Shown here in pieces: positions 1 through 13,525 of a DNA stretch of 64,000 nucleotides (position 1 is its first letter; every line of letters starts with the position of its first letter). This DNA comes from Tubiluchus corallicola. Its lineage: Eukaryota; Animalia; Priapulida. The DNA lies in the NCBI GenBank assembly GCA_030141605.1, contig JAQGDQ010000003.1, forward strand, positions 992,001 to 1,056,000, given 5' to 3'. The notes under the pieces were generated by a model. That model saw only the letters and a list, made by a program, of their open reading frames with translations. It had not been told where the DNA came from and made no database searches. The position numbers and the translations under genes were made by a program.

Positions 1-2059
1 ACAGGTAAATCAACCAGGTAGATACTTTAACGAGTAATAAAACGTATTATTAACTCTTTGACTACGACAGTGGCGTTTCATAGGGTGCAGCCAATCAAGT
101 TATTAAGTTGTAATCACAATAATTAAAGCTCTCAACAGTGTAAGAGGTGATAATCATCATTTAGGTCTTTCCTGTACTGATACTGTATTCATGTTTTGAA
201 ATTGATTATAATTTAATCAGTCTGAATGAAGTAGAAGCTTAAGTGAGCTGTAACCAGTTGACGAGCACCTTAAAGCCTAATAGAAAAGGGTTAACTCTAG
301 GGTTGCCGTAAATAAGACTGTCAAGAAGTTAGTGAATTAAACCCGTTTTGCACTGTGTGAAAGTTATGAAAGCCAGTTTATTTCTTTGTCACAGCAGGCG
401 CCGACAGCGTGAAGACATGGAATTTTCGTGGACTGCGTTTCTTATAGTATTTATGGCTCAGGTACGAATTATTGCTATTACATTCTGAAGTTGATACGCA
501 GGCCTTTATGATATACAGACCAACCATATCAGTCAGGTTTTCTAACTTTTCAAGGAACTCTGCCAAGAAACTCTGTCATAGCAGCTTTTTTTAGAACAGT
601 TGACCAATTTCAAAATGGCCTCTCAAATATTTTTGTAAGCACGGATATCTTCACAATAATGAACAGATTGGTCAAGTCTGCAATTAGCAGCCGCTAGCAA
701 AGCTAATTTGTATGCAGTGTGTGGGTATTTTTTCGTGGGAAAACGTGTTCTTGTTGGTTTTCCGAATGCCTTCCATGCGGCTGGTGTTGTTAGGGGCAAA
801 TACAAGCATTGTAGTGTCATTGGACAAGCATTTTGTACAGCAATTTCTTATCAAAGGCATAGCGAGTGCTCATGGAATTCTATGCCTTCTCAAGCCCATG
901 GTCACTGGCTGGCGGTTTTGAGGACAATTTTTCTATCAAACAAACAAAATGTGTGGACAAAAAAATGTTAAAAAGTCTTAAAAATAAGCAATTTAAATTT
1001 GGAACCAATACAAGTGCTTTTAGTTCATAGGACCAATTTAGAGCGAATCATTAAAAAGTGATGCTCAGGAACTCAGAACCCTGTGTCCTCGAGACTTAAT
1101 AAAATATTGAGTTCTAATCGTCTACTACTTTCGAAGCGACCTTCCCAAAACATGTTCTAGTCTGATTAAACAGTCTGGTCAAAATTAAAAACTATAACTT
1201 TTTATTTCAAGTTATATCCCGGGAATACCAGAGCTTAAATTTTTATTTAGACTCTTATAAAGTACATACATGAAGTACAGTATAAAAAATTATAAAGTCT
1301 AGGACTCTATGTTGCATCATATATAGCAAAAAATTTTAGCGAATTTTTTTACTGTCTCATTTACTTCGCTATTTCTGTATATGTTTTTAATCTTATTCTG
1401 GTACATTTACCAGATATTTTTTCTCCACGTAAGCTCAGACATAAAGCTAAAACAATACTATTAGCTACACCTTACGAAAGAAATCTACAAAATTTTATCT
1501 TTTGCACACTTGCTATGCAGCCAAAGGCTGCTTTAACTTCTTGAGTTAAAATTAACAAACATGACGCTAGTATTGAAACTTTTCAATAACAGTGAACTTT
1601 TTGGTTTTTTACAAAATGTTGGTTGTAACTAGCGTTGTTATCATAAGTTTTTAACAAAACTAGCTTTGTCTATTTTTCCTCAAATGGACTTTGTTTAGTT
1701 AAGTACAGGATACGATCAATTCAAATGAAAAATACCCAAGAAGGACAATAAAAATACTGTTACTCGTACGTGAGTCGCATAATCTTCACATGTACCATTG
1801 AGGCGTTGTGTATGGTTCTCTTTGGCGTGATTTTAATAATAAAAGTGCCAACAAAAGACGAAAATTTCTGAGTAAAACACAAAATTTGAGTGGCTAGCAT
1901 AGCTTTACCGTTTTAGCCTTTTATTCTAGGAAAAATAATACAGCCAACTACACAATGCTACCACACAAACCTTGAATTGTTACATGCAATTTCAGTAGTT
2001 TATTTGCTTCAGTAAATATTTGCCGAGTTGAAACGTTGGTTTTACTCTGTATATTTCAG

Positions 2060-2155
2060 GTTTTTATCTCACAAGGAAATGATTTGGCGAAAGAATTGTT
2101 AGACAATGGGGTGATACCTGACGTACTGCCCGTCTCTTGCAACAGTTTAGCCAAT
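2060..2155 (+). CDS. PEBP: PEBP exon ([32 protein letters not shown])
   Basis: tttcag acceptor and gtgag donor; 96 nt open; contains the PEBP N-terminal VIPDV motif. Confidence 0.85.
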
Positions 2156-5100
2156 GTGAGTTAAGAAAAAAATTGTGATAATATTAATATGGAATTTCTT
2201 TATGAAAGCAGACATTTATTATTGGCTAATTAAAACATTCATAAGGTACACAGACAGTTTTGTTTAATCCCCGTGGCTTTCAACTATAAATAATTTCAAA
2301 CTTATTTTGCACAACAATTATTATCAACATGTGTCTTGCACAGTGGCTATAAGCACTGTTATATTAAATTCATAAAGAATTTTTAGCACAATCTGTTATT
2401 GTGTATAACTATAATGTAAGTGTGTAAATTCACATCAAAATATTATATTAAAAAATTTTTAATAATGAAAATTATATTAATTGAAATTATATTTGAACTT
2501 TTTAGTTCTGAGCTTAAAAATGTTCAAATATTTGAATGGGTATTCAAAAGATGTCGTGTCGTTACATTGTCGTCTCAAATTTGATGAATGTTTAAATAAT
2601 GCAAAACGTTGGGGTTTCATTGGGATTTGCAGTAGAGGTTTATAAACTACAATTTTGAAAAAGTTGTAGTAATCGAATAAAACAAGTATCGTAACATCCT
2701 GCTGGCACAAAATTATTAAGTACTAAGCTACGTACAAAATTTAGCACATTATAACATACTAAGATGCGGGTGTCGCATTACTGCGGGAGTTAAACTCGTA
2801 ACTGATCAGATTAAAAAGTTAGAATTTAAGCTATAGACTTTGTTTAGCAACTGTATTATAAAAAGTTAATGGGTAGATGTATAGCGATAAACAAGAACCA
2901 TGCATGAATGAAAGCCTTGTTAGGTACTGCACTAGTATAAACTATAGAAAGCTATATACAGTAAACTGAATTTTGGGATGATACAAGTAAAATGAATTTT
3001 AAGATGGTATAACAAGGGCAAACAAAAACTCAGTACTTTTTGATTACATATGTGTCTATCATTTACTGGTACTGGTACTGGCAGAATTCTCGGTTACATT
3101 CAATAGTATTGTGTTTTGCAACGAAAAAATGCGTTTGCTCCGGTTACAAGCTTATGGTTATAATCCCAGCTAACGGTTGAACTGAAGGAGCTACCATTTT
3201 AACACGTGGCATTTTTAGCAAGGACCTGTAAAAGCACATAATTATGTTCAACGCCTTCAGGGCTATAGGCGTTTATAATAGCCGTATAGAATGCAGTGCA
3301 TTGTATTCAATTGCACACATAATTTAACATCATAAATTTGGTTAGACGTAGTAGAAAGGTCAGGTGGGTCATGAAATGTAAACTTTAAAATCCAGTCATA
3401 TAGCAACTAAAAATGACCATATACTGTCTAGAAAATGTAGTTTTTGAAGTCTGTACTATGTTTCTCAATTATGCTAGGCTATGTAATAAGCTTTAACATG
3501 GACGTGCACATTAATAACATAAATACGACATGCTCGATTTGAAGACACTGAATGGTGTGCTGTGTGTGCAGAGAATTGCAAATTAATACAAGAGTTGGAG
3601 TGATGCACCTGGACTAGGGCTATTGTGTATTTCTAATTTGAATACTAACGAGTTTATTATTGGCGTACTGTAGGTGTTATTAGAATGAAATATGCTCTGC
3701 AAGCTAACGAGGATTCAAAACTGCTAATGCGTTTAAAGCCTCGCGAAATTCATGAAATTATGGAATAAAGCAATCACTAAAAATCATTACTCAAAACGCT
3801 GAGCGAACTTTTGTTTTTAATACGTGGCTGTTTGCAGTATATTTTTTTTATATTTTTATACCAGTTTACACTATCATATAATCTTCAGTCTTCTGTGTAA
3901 TTCGGAATTGTGGACCTTGTAAGAAAATAATCAACTACAGATTGGTGCTTTCACTATTTCTGAAGACGTCTTGGAGGTAATTATCGGATATAAAATGGCC
4001 TAAAGTATAAACTATAAAGATTAATGAGACAAAGTCAAGGAAGAAAAATGGACCACAAAGACTAAATGCAAAAGACCCCACCAACAGAGAGATCACTTTT
4101 TAAAGCTTTCCATGGATCAGTTTGTCCATCAAAAAAATTAAACGTGAATCACTCAGGTGAGGGCTTTTGGCAGAAAAAGAGTTTCCAATTCTGAAAGTTC
4201 TTCGTCTTGGAGACAAGCTAAGAATTGGTTTGCGTATCTGGTGTCTATGCAATTTTACTTATTTATAACTGTCTATTTTAATGCACTAATCATGCGTGGC
4301 CCATCATGTAAATATTGTGTTATGTGCAATGCAATTTTTATGTATATCCATATAAAAATAAATTTCTGTTCTATTCTAGGAGAGGTGGGCAAGTGTGACG
4401 TCTGTTGACTCATTACATTCATTACTTCAACTGCTAGCTTCTCATATACTCTATACATGCAAAATGATAGGACATATAGCCTCATAATTAATGGAAAACA
4501 ATAATACTTTTTCGCTTTTATTAATAATTATTTGTGCATTTGTGTGTTTAACATTATCTTATTTTTATTCAAAAATAAATACAATCGTTTGTTACAGGTA
4601 ACTTACGAAGATGCAGCATTAAATATTAGAGATGGACTTGACGAACTAATGCCGTCACAGGTACAAAAATATCTATTAAAAATCGTTGGTCTCAATTTTT
4701 ACTAACCTAGATCTGGAGGAATTTGCTATGTTGTTTGAATCAGCGAGTGTCCTACTTACATAAAAGCTAATGACATTCTTCATCATCATCTAATTTCGTA
4801 AACAATAATTGATCATAGTGTAAAAACTACTAGTATTTATCGATTATAGCTTTTGCTACCGGACTATAGCATTTTCGTCATTACAGGTCAAGATAATGCC
4901 TGAAATTTCTTGGATGGCTCATCCTAATAATTATTATGCTATCATAATGGTTGGTAAGTACAATATTTTACTTGAAACACTGTTAAAACGCTTTGTATGT
5001 ATTGTCATACAGTGGAGCATCTGAACAAGGTGCTATGTTTACTCATTCGGAGTATGATAGGTGTGTGCTACTGAAGAAAGCTTAAAAACAACATCTTCAA

Positions 5101-6317
5101 GATAATCATTAACTATTTGCCGTGTGCCTAATATCGGCTAGAATTGAACGAAAATATAGGTACATACAGAGTTTAAGTTTTATTTTGGTATTTTTCTTTT
5201 AAATACCCCAGACAAAAACAACGGGCATATGTTAACTTCATAGAAAATAAGGTAAAGTACGAATTGGATGCCAAATGACACTTATGTACATTGAGAATTT
5301 GGAAGTTACCGCGTCAATGAAACTGTCAAAATTCTTGAAGACTTTATCACAATCGAGAGGTTAAGTAATAATATCCATAGCTATTCCTCTTAGACTGCCT
5401 GCGAGTCTCTTGAGTTATCGCAGGAGGAGCTTAGAGATATAAATGTCAAATGGCCAACGGGCTCTAAAGAATACACGATTAACGCATCAGCACAAAAAAT
5501 TTAGATAACTTGTCTTTTTAGATCCTGATGCACCAAGTAGAGACAACCCCGTAAGAAGAGAGATCCTGCACTGGCTTGTTACAAACATACCAGGCAATGA
5601 AGTTGGTAAAGGTGATGTTTTAGCAGAGTATGCTGGCAGCAAGCCACCACAAGATTCAGGTGATTATTTTAAAATCTTCAATAACATCAAATGGAAAATT
5701 CATACTCTCTTACAAGATATTTTAAATTTAACTTTGCACAAACAAACAGAATTATGTTTGAGAAAAGGGACAGTAGTTTGTCTTGAACAAGAATGTTTCA
5801 AGCAGCAGTGACTGAGAGATAAGCATTTTAGGAGTGCATAGTAACGTTTTCACGATTATTGATTTAGATTTAGAATATCTAGGAAATTGAATTCAATAAG
5901 CTCTGGTGTTAAAGTCTGTACCTATTTTCTTGTGGTGCAGGTTTACATCGATACGTGTTCATAGTATATCAGCAACCAGGTAAGATGAAATTTGATTTCC
6001 AACCAATAACTGTGGATTCACGATCCAGTGGACGTCGTGCACGGTTCAGCGCACGAGGATTTGCACTGAAACACGGGTTCATGGAAACTCCTGTTGCTTG
6101 CAATGCATTTCAAGCAAAATTTGAACCCAACGGACGCTTTACAAACTCAATACATAAATCAAGTTCGTCTACAGGAGATAAAAATTCTCCATCATCATCA
6201 CCAACCGTGATAAAACACTCACTGATGGCCTGTTTGTTGATACCATGTCTATCACTTCTAGCAGCGGTAGGACAGAAGATCATGACAGGAGGGCTATTAT
6301 ATGCTCTGAGCACATGA
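2060..6317 (+). CDS. PEBP: Phosphatidylethanolamine-binding protein (PEBP/RKIP/OV-16 family), multi-exon gene; first coding exon uncertain
   Basis: Exons 2060-2155, 4598-4660, 4887-4953, 5522-5659 and 5941-6317 have GT-AG boundaries and compatible phases (0,0,1,1). They splice to [24 protein letters not shown]...[15 protein letters not shown]...[67 protein letters not shown]...[23 protein letters not shown], with the PEBP signatures VIPDV, DPDAP, HW and GLHRY. Confidence 0.95.
4598..4660 (+). CDS. PEBP: PEBP exon ([21 protein letters not shown])
   Basis: ttacag acceptor and cag|gtac donor; 63 nt; corresponds to the V.Y...G.ELTPTQ segment of PEBPs. Confidence 0.85.
4887..4953 (+). CDS. PEBP: PEBP exon ([23 protein letters not shown])
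   Basis: ttacag acceptor and gtaagt donor; phase 0 to 1; matches the P.V.W...YTL.M.D pattern. Confidence 0.9.
5522..5659 (+). CDS. PEBP: PEBP core exon (DPDAPSR...HWLVTNIPG...PPQDSG)
   Basis: ttttag acceptor and gtgatt donor; 138 nt; carries the DPDAP and HW ligand-pocket motifs. Confidence 0.95.
5941..6317 (+). CDS. PEBP: PEBP last coding exon with extended hydrophobic C-terminus
   Basis: tgcag acceptor; begins [14 protein letters not shown] and is open to TGA at 6315-6317 (ORF 5955..6317 of the track). Confidence 0.93.
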
Positions 6318-6932
6318 AAAGTCAGTGCTGATTTTTCAATACCAAAAGTGAAGGCAGACAGAACTTAAGAATGAATAAACTAAAAAGCTAAAAGATGGTA
6401 AACAACGTAAAATGGATCAACGAACATGTGTGCAGCCCAGTGCTGACCTCTGATGGAAAACGAATAGACTCTGTTCTGTTCTATGTAGTAAAGTATGGCA
6501 TTTTGTTGATGTGCATGCTAATACAGTATTCCAGCTAGGGTATATAACAAAAATAATGAATAAGAGTCGGTCACTGTGCAGCAATGATAATCCTGAAGTC
6601 AGTTTACAAATCACCTTTAAATTAATTATTATTGGTTTTTAAGTAATAAACATGGTCGAGTAGTGAACTTTTGTATAACTTTTAAAATGTAGATGTTGCA
6701 TTGCAATGTGTATGTATATTGTACGACAGCCTGTTTTTAAAAAAATAGTTTTTTTGTAACTCTTTGTTCGGTAGAAAAATTATTGTATATTAAACAACTA
6801 GCTCTAACATATATGTACATATGTGAATGTGTGAGCTTTTCTGCTATATGTAGACGAAAAACTGTGTTAATGTCTGAAATTTTATTTCATATGTACGTTT
6901 TCAATGGTGTAAACTGTATCATTTTTACCAAT

Positions 6933-6938
6933 AATAAA
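6933..6938 (+). terminator. Candidate polyadenylation signal of the PEBP gene
   Basis: AATAAA about 620 nt after the stop codon. Other AATAAA hexamers occur earlier (~6373, ~6644), so the site actually used is uncertain. Confidence 0.3.
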
Positions 6939-9900
6939 GATTTAAATTAAGACAGTAAACTTTAATCACAATCTTTCACATTTATTAAAATAAAATTGAA
7001 CTTAAGTTGTTTGCTAAGCAATTTTCTTTTGATATGGCTAGTGCATGGTTGTAAATTTTCAAGATAAAAATAATCAAAAGCATTTAGTGCAGGAAGTACA
7101 TTTAAAATTAACAAGGTCATTAAACTTATTTATTAATGCATTAAACACACTTTGCTGACTAAATGGACTTTCCTTGTAAATCATTTTTCAGACAATTCAT
7201 ATTAATTTGGCTTTACTCCAAGAAAATGGTTATTAACTCAATTCAACTTTTATAACCCTTTCACACAGTAAATCGTTACAAAACATTTTGAGCAATATCT
7301 TTTCACCAAACCAGTTGAGCGTTCACAGTCTTCGGACAAACTGTTTTGAAATAAGCAGACGACGTGTTGTATGTATTGTTCACATCATGCAGCTCAAAGC
7401 ATTTTAGTGCAAATGGTTTGAAACTATTTCAGACTATCTCCCATAACAGTTTGGTCAAAAGAGACAGTTTGAAAATGGTTTCAAAACGGTTTACATTTAC
7501 CATACGAAAACTGCATCAGTAATGGTTTCAGAAAATGTTTTTCAATGGTCTCACCATAATGGAGTTGTTAGGATTAGGTAGCCTTTTCTTGAAGTCTGAT
7601 TAATTTCACTAAACTTGTCGCAGTATTACCGTTCATGAACTTTTTGAACATTAATTAAAATTAATAAAAAAAAACAGTACTAAAAAATTTAAAAAATCAC
7701 AAAACTTCACAGTATACCACAACGTAATGTTCTGAATTGATAGGAAAACAACAAATTAACGAAAAAAAGAAATAAAAAGCCAACTACTATTGTTTGGGAT
7801 TCATTTTGTAACTCATTACAAAGAGAAGTTAGGTAAAGAAAAAGACCTGCAAGGGAAAACAAAAAAATACTAAGAATACAGAACTGAGAACACCAGTCAT
7901 GTAGGAGAGAAAATATACTGAAATGTCATGCACTTTCAATTTCCTTATTTTAAGACTACAAATCTTGTCATCAGAAATTATTACTATCATGCAATTTAAA
8001 ACAGTAAGCATTCCTAAAACAACGGCTGATTTCTCATTGATGTGAAGAGGTTTCCAGCTTTTCTACCTTTCGATCTGCATATCATCAATCAATAGTATAT
8101 TAATCAATCAGTTATGAACTGTATGCAATAAAATTACATTTGGAAATGAGTTGAGTGGGACGTGCACCTTGAATTATTAATGCTTATGGAAAATGCACTT
8201 GAATTACAAGAGCATGTATTATAAAGCAATAGCTGAAATACTGGTTATTAATCAATAAGAACCCAAAATCTCAGGTAACAGTGCCTACGTAATTCTGCAA
8301 AAATAGATTGAACTTAACTGGATTGGATTATACAGCCATGATATTCAAGCATCGATTACAAAAAACCCTGATATGAAATTTATCAACTACAGTCCAAGAC
8401 GGTGTATGCTGACTGCATTTATTTGTCATCTAGGCCTTTTGGCTTATTTACTTACATACAGTTTTCTTATTTTTTGAAAACCGTGCAAGTGGAATTTGTC
8501 ACAAAGTGTCAGTAAAATAGTGATATAACATTAATTTGACTAATCAGCTTCAGTTAATAATGATGCCCTAAGGTAGGCTTCGCATGTCTTCACCATTAAT
8601 CTGAGGATAATAGTCAAGTTGTACACGTAATTATGCAGTAGTAGGCCAAATTACATATTTGTATTTTGGCCAAATAAACAATCGTTATATTTACACAAAT
8701 TCTCATATGGTCCTATACAAGTTATTGCAAAGGCTGTTTGTTCACGAGAATTAGTATACTTCATGATATGTTTCGACAAAGTGTAGCACATAAGAGTGTT
8801 GAGCATCAATAGATCTATGCCATTCAGTTTGCTTCTATTGAAAAGAGGTGGCCGAAAACACCAAGGTAACACATATTGACAGTTTCCAACACTGGCACTG
8901 TATGACAAACACGAAGACAAAGCAAGGTGTTAATGATGTTATCTCAATAATGTGTATTTGTTGTGATGATCATTGATCACATACAGCATAATCCGGCATA
9001 GAAAGGAGCAGATACTCTGAATGCCTTTTATTAACTAAAGAGGTGCTTATATTACCAACAAGTTAAAATAATTTAAAAGAGAAAGAACACTAATATTAAA
9101 ATGACTTTAAACTTATTATAGTGTGTAATAGCAGTGTCTTAACAATTGATAAGATGCAAGATTTACGGTTTTCTGTTTAAAATAAACAACAGATTTCTAC
9201 CTTCTACATTCAAGCAGCAATTGTAAAATTAGTTTGTTCATTGTTAGCAGATCTGTAGTTGTTTGGCATTTTTTTAAGAAGTAAGCTATCCGCTTGTTTA
9301 AGCTTGACTGTCTCTAGCTGTCGATCTCCACTGATTTAACTAAATAAACAATAAAAATTAAGCTGTCACTATGAACAATAATTTGTTTTCTACATTATTT
9401 GTCAAGTTAACTGTTAATGCACAATGCAAAAAACAAGTGTCTCAGATTCCTTCATGTGTAGTGGACGCTATAGTCCAAGTGTTTTGATCACTAGCCCTCA
9501 AGTAACTTCTACATGTGCTAAACTAACAAAGTAATAAAGCTTTTGAAAAACCAGATGCAACAATGTCAAGATATGTGTAAGATGTTTAAAATCTAACAAG
9601 TAATTGCTGAAGGACTTACAGATATGTATCATCCAATCTTGCTAAACATTGAAGACGTCAAACTGTGCCTAAGGTATCAGAAAAGCTAAAACTCACAGAG
9701 CCAATTCAGTTCAATTAAACACACACTGCATTCCTTACTTTACTGCTGCATCAATTTGCAAATAGACTGCAATTACAGTTTAAAATTCTTTCAAGGTTTC
9801 CCAATAACAGAAAGCAGCTTGATCTGTATCAGGTATTAAAGAATCGCAAATACGTTTGCAAAGCTTTTTGAGAAGCAGAGCAAGAAACACATTTCACCTC

Positions 9901-11031
9901 GTCTATATAAAATTATCGCAACTGACCTAGTTGTACATTTAAATATCATTGTTATGATATTAAATAACAGTACTGACCAAAGCTCTGTACTCTTCTCTTT
10001 GATTAATGTGGTGAGGTGAAAACCATCTCCATAGTAATTAATGTTACGGAGCAAACACTAGCTTTTTGCTGTTTCCTTATGTTTTCCACATTTAAGTAGA
10101 ACTAGAATGTTATTGTACATGGCACTAGTGCTATCTAAAATAATAACATTCAACATTAAACATCACAGACTAAATATTACCATTCCTTTTTATCTCCAAC
10201 AACAGTTGCAATCACATACAATGTTCAATTGTTCATATTCATAACTTTTGCATATCAGTTACTTATCCACCACACCCCATTTTAATGATTTTTTTATTTT
10301 TATATAATTTGACAGACTGCAAATCAGAATTTAACACACAATGGCAGGTTCATAACCACTCAGCTATTCTCTTTGCCCATGATGTTATTTAAATGCATTT
10401 TCTTAATTAAATAGTCAAATAAAAAATATTATTCGATTGGCAAAACGTGAGCAAGCAGGTAATACCGTAATTTATTGACACATAATATTGATGTTTAAAA
10501 ATCTAAAATATGTGTATGAAATTTTATTTTTGACTTGTCCTGCTAAACATGCAATAACAGATTTGCCAGTTAGTAGTTTTCTACACAATTATGCATATGA
10601 GTATTACAGTTACATGAACAAAATAGTACAACGGTGCCAAAAATCTCTATTATTTTGTTTTACACCAATTTACACAAGATGAAAAACTCAGGATTTGCTT
10701 TGCTCTATATACCAGTCTTAAATTCCAATAATAACTCATCCAGTAATTATGGGTTTCATCAAAAACTAAACAGTGAACATAACAGGCTTCTATTGCAAAC
10801 TGATCTGAAACTGATGAATCGCATCAGGATATCGGTTTAACACTGACAACTACAGTCCTCTCTTTAAGTGTAAATCAGACCTTAAATAAACAATGTGGTT
10901 TTTGCAGTCCTGTTCTTCAACAACAAGGCCTGACAGTTTAGTGATGGCACTGTAAAAAATGGTACATCCTGTATAGAACAGCTGCATTATTATTCTAAAT
11001 ATTCATTCATTATACAGACACACACACAAAC

Positions 11032-11068
<37 letters not shown>
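11032..11068. repeat. (AT)n microsatellite
   Basis: Run of atatat preceded by (CA)n, read directly. Confidence 0.9.
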
Positions 11069-11070
<2 letters not shown>

Positions 11071-11749
11071 TAAGCATGCATTGTGACTCTAGTAATTCTC
11101 GTAATGTTTAATAATCTAGTAATTCATGCTAAATTTTTAAATTGGATTATCAACTGTTTTCCTTTCTTCTTTCATGCTAATTCTTTTACGATGTATATGT
11201 ATAATTTGCTTATATATACATATATATTGTTGAGCTCTATGAAGAAGCTGATGCAGATATGGTTTCTCTCAAATATTGTCTGATTAGTTGGCATTCGAGG
11301 ATCAGATGTACTGACATTTATGTGCCTCCTCCACATGGACATTGAACCATTTCTGTCAGACCTAGATGGCGCACAAAATTTTTGGTGCCTCTCCCGAGCA
11401 ATAAAGTTAGTGCTTTACTTACTAAAGTCCGTGATTTAGCAGCAGTGTAAGTGCAGGCTGCACAGTCCATGTTATAATAGTGTTTGGAATGTCTGCTTAC
11501 ACTGGCTTTGATTTTGATAATCTTTCTGTGTGAAAGGGGTTTGTTTAGAGAAAGAATACAGTTGCAATAGTTGACTGCTTGAAACAGGTTCATTATCCAG
11601 CAGGCAAGCATAAGCAACTTCATGGTAAATATGAAGCACACCAGGAAATGGTATGGCATTCCAGTCAAACTACAAGAGAAGAATATCTTCAAAAATCAAG
11701 CGAGAGACGTTTTTTAATTAACTGTACTGACTGTACAGTACTACTGTAC

Positions 11750-11830
11750 TACAGTAGGCGCCGCTTAATAGACTCATTTTGGGACCGAACTTTTTGACCC
11801 AATTAACAGACTGAACCTATTAACCGACAG
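11750..11830 (+). mobile_element. Probable terminus of a Tc1/pogo-type MITE
   Basis: TA followed by CAGTAGGCGCCGCTTAATAGACTCA, a TA+CAGT start typical of Tc1/mariner/pogo ends. The matching other end was not found. Confidence 0.35.
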
Positions 11831-12175
11831 GTATGGTATTACTGGTATAGAAGTATGAGTCATCAGCTTACTATGTACTGCAAAGGTTTCTAATGAATTT
11901 TAGAAATGAAGGAAAGCCTAAATGTGTTTGTACAGTTAAAAATTAAAAAATATATTTTAAAGTATTAATTGATACAAGCGAATTAGAAGTAAATTAAAAG
12001 TACACTTTTCTAAATCATACAAGTCTACTTATTTGCAAAAATTACAAATATTCCTTCATAGTCGGCTGCCTCATTTTATCACAAAGAAGTTGGCCCACAA
12101 AGTTCTCAAAATGATAATCTTGAAAACGTTGAATAATAAATGTTGAAAATCTGTTGTTGTATGATGCACAAATTC

Positions 12176-12386
12176 AAAATACTATATGCAATGAAAACAA
12201 ATTCAAAATTCAAATTGAACATGAGTTAAAAACTGTGCTTTTACTACATTATTTACTGTCTCATTGTCCAAATGCGTTATGTTAATATGAAATTTTTGCT
12301 TTGTTGAGATCGTAAATGTGATCAGTTTTCGTAGCAGCTGTTGTGCCATTGTTGCAAAAAACTACAACAATATTATGAACATATTG
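12176..12386 (+). repeat. Left arm of a ~205-bp inverted repeat pair (partner 13526-13734)
   Basis: Aligns over its length with the reverse complement of 13526-13734, e.g. aaattgaacatgagttaaaaactgtgcttttactacatt vs aatgtagtaaaagcacagtttttaactcatgttcaattt. Confidence 0.9.
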
Positions 12387-13525
12387 CAAATTTCAGTAAG
12401 ACTAGTCAGGTGTTAACAAGTCTTCTTAAGTATAACAGTTTTATGCCCAAACAATTTTCTTTGTTTATAATTTGAATAATGCTTCTTGCAGGATATTACA
12501 AGATTTAGGATCCAAATACATTTTTTCAGGAGCCTTGTTTGCTCCTGCCTACCACTTGTTAAAAGTTGCCTAGTCATTAAAAGTGCATACATGTAAATGC
12601 CATGTTAACAAAATACGGCAGAATGGTAACATGCTAAGATCACGCCTTCAAACAATTGTCATAAATCATATTTCATAATTGGGGCAAGTAAATAAACCTG
12701 AAATCACTTTAAATTACCATTTTTGCCATATATTGTGCTAGTAGTTGGTAGACCAATGACTCCATGTACGTGCCCTTGCAACAACTGAGCTAACTGTAAT
12801 GTTTCAGCTTCTTTAACTTTACTATCACATAGTTTTGCTGAAATAATAATTATATAACACAGTCATGATTACAATATTAAAGTTTTGGTGATTAAATTAG
12901 GATTATCGTTATCTTTTGTATTAAAGATTGAAAAAGTAGCAATTACGGAAGACAAAATATGCTTTAAAAAAATTAAAGTTATAAACAGCAACTGCTAATG
13001 CAATAATGCACAGATATGTATGTAAGCATCTACGTATGCACAACTGCACATACATAAAATAAATTCAAGTCAAGCCGCAAATTGAGTCTTTTGTAAGACT
13101 GAATGGAGTCAACGACTCTGATATGCATGTATGTATGCACATATAAAAGAAATGCAAAGAGTACCTTGTAAATATAACTTGATATGTTTCATTTCTGTAG
13201 CCGTCACATCTTGCAAAGTTTCTAACGCCTTTGTTCCCTTATTTACCCGATCAAAAATACAGCCTAGAAAGATTTGTGATAAATATTTTAGAATTGAACT
13301 CTTTAACAGCAATGACAAAATCTGCAAATAGAAATGAATTTAATACCTTCAATAAATGAAGCCAATCTTCTAAATCAGATAAATTTACTTCTCCAGAATT
13401 TAATACTAGTGAAGGGTCAGCTAGTGGTAGAAGAGACCACAGACAAGGTCCCTGAAAAATGCATAATTTTAAAGTATTTGGAGTCTAATTAGTATTATTT
13501 AGTATAATGGCATTAATTGACAATT

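Noticed and set aside
378-971. Short ORFs near the window start, possibly decayed transposase
   Set aside because: No motif I can assign with confidence; multiple stops in all frames.
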